Positions 8,125 to 13,291 of a stretch of DNA of 13,291 nucleotides are shown piece after piece. The stretch comes from Nitrososphaeraceae archaeon (lineage in GTDB: Archaea; Thermoproteota; Nitrososphaeria; Nitrososphaerales; Nitrososphaeraceae): positions 1 through 13,291 of the forward strand of contig DATGZA010000084.1 in assembly GCA_035297365.1 (NCBI GenBank), given 5' to 3'. The notes beneath the pieces are model-generated. The model did not search any database. It was not told the DNA's origin and saw only the letters and a program-made list of their open reading frames with translations. A program made the translations under genes and the position numbers. Every line of letters starts with the position of its first letter. Positions within the stretch are counted from its first letter, which is position 1.

Positions 8125-8424
8125 ATGAGTAATAATTTTAACGATATCAATGGTAATTATGATGTACTCCCGCAACATTTTGTCAATTATATAAATTATG
8201 AATTGAGGTTATTTGAAGAAATCACGGATAAGAAATTTTTCTTTGATACTTTCAGGAACGATGGATTTGAGTTAAATGTATGTGAATCAGAAGAAGGCGA
8301 CAAGCGTATAATCTACAGGGCAAACAATCTCTATCAGTTTATCGAAAGATTATTTATGATTAGAGAATATTTAATTAAGAATTTTGATAATAAGATAACG
8401 ACATCAGAAACATTTCATGATTGA
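8125..8424 (+). CDS. Hypothetical protein (99 aa)
   Basis: ATG start, plausible globular composition, TATA-like TATTAAATA at 8091-8099, and no overlap with neighbours. Confidence 0.75.
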   Translation: MSNNFNDINGNYDVLPQHFVNYINYELRLFEEITDKKFFFDTFRNDGFELNVCESEEGDKRIIYRANNLYQFIERLFMIREYLIKNFDNKITTSETFHD

Positions 8425-8461
8425 TTAAAAAGAAAAAGAAAAAAATATATCTATTTTTTGA

Positions 8462-9019
8462 TTATCTATTATAGGATCTTTCCAATTTTTGTATGTAATT
8501 AAAGTTGTTTTGCACAATATCATTGTAATATCTCTGTGTGAGTTCTAATGATTTCTTCAGATTCTCAATACCACCTACAAAAATTTCATTTAGGAAACTT
8601 GTTGTATTTACTGTATTAACTTCTATGTTTTTGTTTAATGTATTATATGTTTCAGAGTATCTTTCTGGAATGTTGAAATTTTGCCAGTAGGATTTGGATA
8701 TATTGTTCAAGAATTGAGAATATGATGATTGATATGTGTTAAAAACATTTTTTTGTAATTCTATAATGTTGTATGATATTTCTTGTGTAGTTTTGCTGAT
8801 TTGTTCTTGGAATTTCCCGAAAGTATCTGCATTCTTTTCAATAATTCTCTTGTTATCGTCTTGAAATTTATTTACGTTTTCATTAATCTTTTCTGTAGCT
8901 TCAGATAAATCGGATGCTGTATCCTTATATTGTTGTTTTTGCTGTTCCACATATCTCTCTGTGGTTTCTTTAGTTCGGTTTGTATTTTCTTTTACATCGC
9001 CTTTCTTAGTTGAAGACAT
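8462..9019 (-). CDS. Q/N/E-rich amphipathic helical protein (phasin-like candidate)
   Basis: 185 aa, no Cys, a single Pro and heptad-like hydrophobic spacing. Paralog of 7319..7879. The phasin label is inference only. Confidence 0.85.
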   Translation of the reverse strand: MSSTKKGDVKENTNRTKETTERYVEQQKQQYKDTASDLSEATEKINENVNKFQDDNKRIIEKNADTFGKFQEQISKTTQEISYNIIELQKNVFNTYQSSYSQFLNNISKSYWQNFNIPERYSETYNTLNKNIEVNTVNTTSFLNEIFVGGIENLKKSLELTQRYYNDIVQNNFNYIQKLERSYNR

Positions 9020-9218
9020 GCACTTTATACTTCTTTAAATGATATTAATGTTAATAATGTTGAGCATGTATTTTTCATTTATATTATATTATATACAATT
9101 GTATAAAACCTTGTATAATACTAAGTAAATGGAAATACTTAGCTTAATTAATATAGCAGACGCGAGAGTGCTACCTTTCATTAAATAAAATTGTAACTTA
9201 TGTGTACAAGTACAACAG

Positions 9219-10880
9219 TTAAATTACTTTGATAAAGATCGCTTTTGAAATTGAGACAGAATCGTCTTCAGCTCCTACCACGAGTACATAGTCTCCGATA
9301 GGTACATCATTTGAAACTGTTAGGACGTAAGAGAGTTCTTTTGAGTCTCCTGAGTTGAGATTGATTTTGTTCTCACTGAAAATTCCATAAGATGTTCCTA
9401 GATCACCTGTGGGCGTAAATGTAGAAGTCGATATTGGATTTAAAGTTATATCTTTATGTGCATTTATATCCAGCTTTATTTCAATGCTGTTACCCTGTGT
9501 GACCGTAAAATGGTCAGGTCCAGCAGAAACTGAAAATGGAAGCGGAAGAGCAGTATTTAGTTTTCCGATCTTATTCTCTGACCACTCTGTAAACCAGATT
9601 GTTTCGTTATTATTATATTCGGGAGTAAATTGTAAAACATTTCCTATTCCACACGTATCAGGAGGAGAATCGATCGGACATTTTGAAAAGTATTTATTTT
9701 GACTTGGAATCCAATATTCCACCAAGGTTAGAGAATCCGGAAAGAATTTTGCAATTTTGTTTCCAGTATGTTCGTTAAAAATGAGTGAATTGTTAGAGCC
9801 TGCTTTTATCCAATAAGGCAAAGTATAACTGTTTCCTTCCATTTTTACACCTCCTGTAATTTTCATGGAAGATGGAGATGTCACAAACTTGGTCAGGGAG
9901 CCGTTAACGGGATCAAGTTTAAAAAAGATGCTGGTTCCATGGTCTGTTCCCCAGATATTGCCATCCTCATCGAATGCCATTGCAACAGGCGAGGGAAGAT
10001 CTCCTATATCGTATTTTTTAATTGTTTTGTCATCAATATTATACTTTAAAATTTGACCTTTGTAACCAAAGGCTAGCATAGAAATCCAGACGTCATTTTT
10101 CTCTTTATCCACAAGAAGCGAACCGGTACTAATAAGTATTTTATCGATATCACCAAAAATCTCTGTAGGGAGTGGAACACTACTAATTCCATTTGAAGTG
10201 CCTCCTTTCATCTCATTTATGTTACCAATCCAGAGAGTAGGAGATCGGATTCCAACGAAATAGATATGACCGTTATTATCGAAATCTAGAGAAACTGGAT
10301 AAATTGTTCCAAATGTCATATCCTTTGCTGGAATTTTAAAATTTTCAAATGTTTTACTATTTTTGTTGAATTTCCAGATAAGGTTCTGTTTTTCATCTGT
10401 AAACCAAAGGTTGGTGCCGCTAGGGTCATTTTTGATATCCCATACATTCGAATTATCTATTGGCTTATCTCTTGATCCCCAAGTAGGGATATCATATTTG
10501 ACAAAGGAATTGTCATTATTGTTATACAATATTAAAGATCCCAATTTCGTAGAAACATACCAGATTCCATCTTCGTCAGCAGTAATTGCCAGTGGCATTT
10601 CACATTTATTACTTAATTTAATTTCTTGTACATATTGGTTTGAATTGGGAACAGTACTCAATCCACAAAACTGCGTTTGGTATGTTTCAATTGACTGTTG
10701 TTTGGAAAGTTCAATCGGTTGTGCCAAGACAGGTTGATATATGATAGAAGAACCAAGGACTTTGGAAAAATCTGAATTATCATCTAATAATGAGGGCAGT
10801 GCTATTGCAAAGAAAAACAGTATCAATGGAATAGAACCAAGATAAAATACATCGGAGAAATAACGATTATAGAGTCTCAT
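9219..10880 (-). CDS. Membrane-anchored/secreted Vgb (virginiamycin B lyase)-like beta-propeller with C-terminal Ig-like domain
   Basis: N-terminal TM/signal segment. Repeated blades: PLAITADEDGIWY, GTNLWFTDEKQNLIWKF, PVAMAFDEDGNIWGTD, IFNEHTGNKIAKF, IWFTEWSENKIGKL. Beta-sandwich tail (VTQGNS..LNSGDSKE..VPIGDYVLVV). Confidence 0.92.
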   Translation of the reverse strand: MRLYNRYFSDVFYLGSIPLILFFFAIALPSLLDDNSDFSKVLGSSIIYQPVLAQPIELSKQQSIETYQTQFCGLSTVPNSNQYVQEIKLSNKCEMPLAITADEDGIWYVSTKLGSLILYNNNDNSFVKYDIPTWGSRDKPIDNSNVWDIKNDPSGTNLWFTDEKQNLIWKFNKNSKTFENFKIPAKDMTFGTIYPVSLDFDNNGHIYFVGIRSPTLWIGNINEMKGGTSNGISSVPLPTEIFGDIDKILISTGSLLVDKEKNDVWISMLAFGYKGQILKYNIDDKTIKKYDIGDLPSPVAMAFDEDGNIWGTDHGTSIFFKLDPVNGSLTKFVTSPSSMKITGGVKMEGNSYTLPYWIKAGSNNSLIFNEHTGNKIAKFFPDSLTLVEYWIPSQNKYFSKCPIDSPPDTCGIGNVLQFTPEYNNNETIWFTEWSENKIGKLNTALPLPFSVSAGPDHFTVTQGNSIEIKLDINAHKDITLNPISTSTFTPTGDLGTSYGIFSENKINLNSGDSKELSYVLTVSNDVPIGDYVLVVGAEDDSVSISKAIFIKVI

Positions 10881-10903
10881 CAGATTTTAGATGTTAACAA
10901 GTC

Positions 10904-10911
10904 ATTTATAT
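10904..10911 (-). promoter_or_regulatory. TATA box (ATATAAAT) for the beta-propeller gene
   Basis: Located 24-31 nt upstream of the ATG at 10880. Confidence 0.5.
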
Positions 10912-10989
10912 CTTATCAATATTAACCAGCAACGCAGCTAAAAGGAAGTAAGAAATTGTCTCAAAATAAACAAAAAAGAATGGAGGAAA

Positions 10990-12138
10990 TTAACGTGATG
11001 TTAGAATGTTTAGTGTCTGTTCGAATATTTGATAAGGTAAGGCTCCTGGTACTATTGACTGAATTTCATTATTCTTTAATAATACAAAGGAAGGAGTTCC
11101 GGTTAGTCCTATGTTCCTAGCGACATTGTCGTTTAACTGTACTAGATTTGTATATTTGTGAGAATTGAGGCATTCTGAAAACTGTTCAATGTTTGGAACT
11201 TCAACATTTATTGCAAATTTCTTTAAACTCTCTGGGGTTATCCAACCTGTACGTTCTCCTGCCCAATTATCATAAAGTTCAGAATGGTAGTCCCAGTATT
11301 TTCCCTGTTCTGCTGCACAGTACGATGCTTCTGCAGCAAAGGTAGAACTTGTGTCATTTGCGCTATCATTCACTATAAAATCCTTGAACAAGAATTTTGT
11401 CTTTCCTGTATCCACAAAATTAGACAAAATTTGATTTCTAGTCTCGTTATGAAATTTGGCGCAAAATGTACACTGATAATCCCCAAATTCCACTATAGTA
11501 ACATTGGAGCTAGAATTTCCAAGAAGTGGTACAAAGTTGGCAACGGGGGAAACCAACTGGGAGGAATACTGATTTAACATCCTTTGCTCATTGTAATAAT
11601 TAAATGATGCAATCATTGTTTCAAAATCTGGCAAATAGCTATAGTAATTATTAGGACTTGAAATTAAAGAAAGTACAAATAATTTATCTCCTTGAACTAT
11701 ACCTATATCTGCCTGTTTTATTTTTGAATTGTTATTATCTAGATATGAATATACAAGTTTATGGTTGTCACTTTTGATATTGGGAAAATTGTTTGATTCA
11801 AGTAAATTAAATTCAGTCAGGTTCTTTGCATATTGGTCCAGCGTTGAATCAACAATAGATTTAAGTGTGATCAAGCTGCTTGGTAAGCTAATTGCGGTTA
11901 TTTTTAAATGGTCAGAAGAATCTGTCTTTGGATAAAAGATTATTGAATCTTTTTCTTGAGTAATATTCCAATTAACAGGATAATCAATTTTCAATATTTC
12001 ATTTTCGAAGGTGGTAAATTGTTTTGTTTTTATTTCTGTAGGGATTTTCCATTCTCCGTTAACTAGTGAAACATTTCCAACGATCATGAACGTGATCGCC
12101 AAGATGACTGACGATATTACAACTCTTAACAATTTCAA
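10990..12138 (-). CDS. dsbA: PsbP-like domain::DsbA-family thiol-disulfide oxidoreductase fusion
   Basis: Signal/TM segment; PsbP/Mog1-like domain (KIDYPVNW..YSYLPDFETMIASF). DsbA domain with EFGDYQCTFC (CxxC at 11461-11472), AAEASYCAAEQGKYW, cis-Pro loop GLTGTPSF and GALPY. Confidence 0.93.
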   Translation of the reverse strand: MKLLRVVISSVILAITFMIVGNVSLVNGEWKIPTEIKTKQFTTFENEILKIDYPVNWNITQEKDSIIFYPKTDSSDHLKITAISLPSSLITLKSIVDSTLDQYAKNLTEFNLLESNNFPNIKSDNHKLVYSYLDNNNSKIKQADIGIVQGDKLFVLSLISSPNNYYSYLPDFETMIASFNYYNEQRMLNQYSSQLVSPVANFVPLLGNSSSNVTIVEFGDYQCTFCAKFHNETRNQILSNFVDTGKTKFLFKDFIVNDSANDTSSTFAAEASYCAAEQGKYWDYHSELYDNWAGERTGWITPESLKKFAINVEVPNIEQFSECLNSHKYTNLVQLNDNVARNIGLTGTPSFVLLKNNEIQSIVPGALPYQIFEQTLNILTSR

Positions 12139-12162
12139 ATTGAAAAATAAAATAAAAATAGC

Positions 12163-12170
12163 ATTTTAAA
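12163..12170 (-). promoter_or_regulatory. TATA box (TTTAAAAT) for the DsbA fusion gene
   Basis: Located 25-32 nt upstream of the TTG at 12138. Confidence 0.5.
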
Positions 12171-12321
12171 TGAATAAAATAGTTTTTCTTTAGTTTTTAG
12201 TCATCAAAACTTTATAGGAAAAAATACTTACAGTCTTGTTACATGATAAACTGTTGTATATTATTGTCAGCAGGACAATCAGAGGACTACCAAGTTATAA
12301 AGAGTACTTGTGTCAGTAGGG

Positions 12322-12345
12322 TTGATTGATTGATTGACTGGTTGA
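12322..12345. repeat. Short (TTGA)n microsatellite
   Basis: TTGA x4 followed by CTGG-TTGA, intergenic. Confidence 0.8.
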
Positions 12346-12390
12346 TCCTTCTCTTGTTTTCTGTTATTTTGTTTTATTTTTTTTTGATCA

Positions 12391-13291
12391 TCAAGGAACT
12401 AGCCTGAAGAGGGATATGGCATGATCATCGATCATGCTGGCAACACCAATATCTGTATCCTTTATGGATATAGATAATTGAGCAAGCTCCAATTCAGTTA
12501 GATTATATTTTGATGCCACAAGAGATTTGATTTTTAAACTTTCATCAGAAATTGTATTTAATTCCGATCGTGTAGAAATTGTTAGATCGGTTCTTAAAAG
12601 ATATTCAGGTATTTTACCAGATGGATCCTCTAAAACCTGAAAAACGATTTTATCAATTAATATTTCATGAGGAAGAGACTCTAGAGCATTAGCTGTGTAA
12701 AATACTTGAATGGAAACTGGTTCTGTCTTGTAGTATTTTTGGAAATCAGACCTTGAAATAACCTTTCCCATAGAGTCGAAAGTATTACTGATACTGTCTA
12801 CGCCAATTATTACAAAACCCTCTAGGAAATCAGTATCATATGCATTAGAATTGCTCAATTCTTTGATATCCTTGCAAACAAAGGCTAGAGAACTTTCAGG
12901 TTCTAATTTCTTTAAAAGAGAATTGGTAGAATCACCGTTATTGAACACAACGTTCCAAGAAAGGTTGACAGGATATTTTTGTTTATTATAAATACTAATA
13001 TCAGTGTCATAGTGACCAGGTCTTAATGGACCCTCGTCTCCTCTAATCGAACCACATACAAATTTAGCATTGTATGTATACCCGTAACTGTAATTTTCAT
13101 ATTGATCTTTTTGATATGTTTCTTGAACTATATTTACAAATGATGTGGTAGAAATTGAGCTCGTTTTATTATCGATTGTCACTCTTTTGGAGACAGTACT
13201 GGGGAGAAAACCACTTGCGGTCCCGCCCTGAGTGACAGTATAATTACCATTTTGAAGGTTTGTTACTGAAATTGTACCTTGAGATTTATCT
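12391..13291 (-). CDS. 5'-truncated surface protein: CnaB/SpaA (prealbumin-like Ig) domain plus C-terminal YxYxAKFVCG..PGxYxT domain
   Basis: The frame stays open from the track's GTG (13182) to the window edge, adding DKSQGTISVTNLQNGNYTVTQGGTASGFLPSTVSKR. This resembles the pilin/CnaB LxxGxYxxxExxAPxGY..V.I..FxN pattern. The true start lies outside the window. Confidence 0.85.
   Translation of the reverse strand, partial: DKSQGTISVTNLQNGNYTVTQGGTASGFLPSTVSKRVTIDNKTSSISTTSFVNIVQETYQKDQYENYSYGYTYNAKFVCGSIRGDEGPLRPGHYDTDISIYNKQKYPVNLSWNVVFNNGDSTNSLLKKLEPESSLAFVCKDIKELSNSNAYDTDFLEGFVIIGVDSISNTFDSMGKVISRSDFQKYYKTEPVSIQVFYTANALESLPHEILIDKIVFQVLEDPSGKIPEYLLRTDLTISTRSELNTISDESLKIKSLVASKYNLTELELAQLSISIKDTDIGVASMIDDHAISLFRLVP

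Noticed and set aside
9409-11935. Five plus-strand ORFs (9409, 9865, 10363, 11284, 11729)
   Set aside because: All antisense to the well-supported propeller and DsbA genes.
12260-12393. Possible C/D-box sRNA (TGATGA and several CTGA on the minus strand) or structured RNA
   Set aside because: The C-box-like word is just the tandem stop codons, the spacing to CTGA is too long and A-rich, and only a 6-bp hairpin is present.

Overview
AT-rich (about 30% GC by eye) archaeal DNA, most likely from an ammonia-oxidising Nitrososphaeraceae archaeon (Ca. Nitrosocosmicus-like). This is inferred from the gene families, the frequent GTG/TTG starts, TATA boxes about 22-32 nt upstream of start codons and oligo-T terminators. 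The left ~5.2 kb is a decaying accessory region. It holds a secreted tandem-domain protein, eroded IS5 and IS630 transposase fragments, an unannotated CxxC-H-C micro-protein, GYD and DUF4242 genes, and two pseudogenes of secreted proteins that the ORF track misses. The middle holds a secreted hypothetical protein, a DUF72 gene and two paralogous helical (phasin-like) proteins flanking a divergent orphan gene with a palindromic operator-like site. The right part is a co-oriented minus-strand trio of extracytoplasmic proteins: a CnaB/SpaA-like Ig protein (cut by the window edge), a PsbP-like::DsbA fusion and a Vgb-like beta-propeller lacking the catalytic His motif. I saw no rRNA, tRNA or CRISPR array. 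Family names come from motif recognition, not from database searches.
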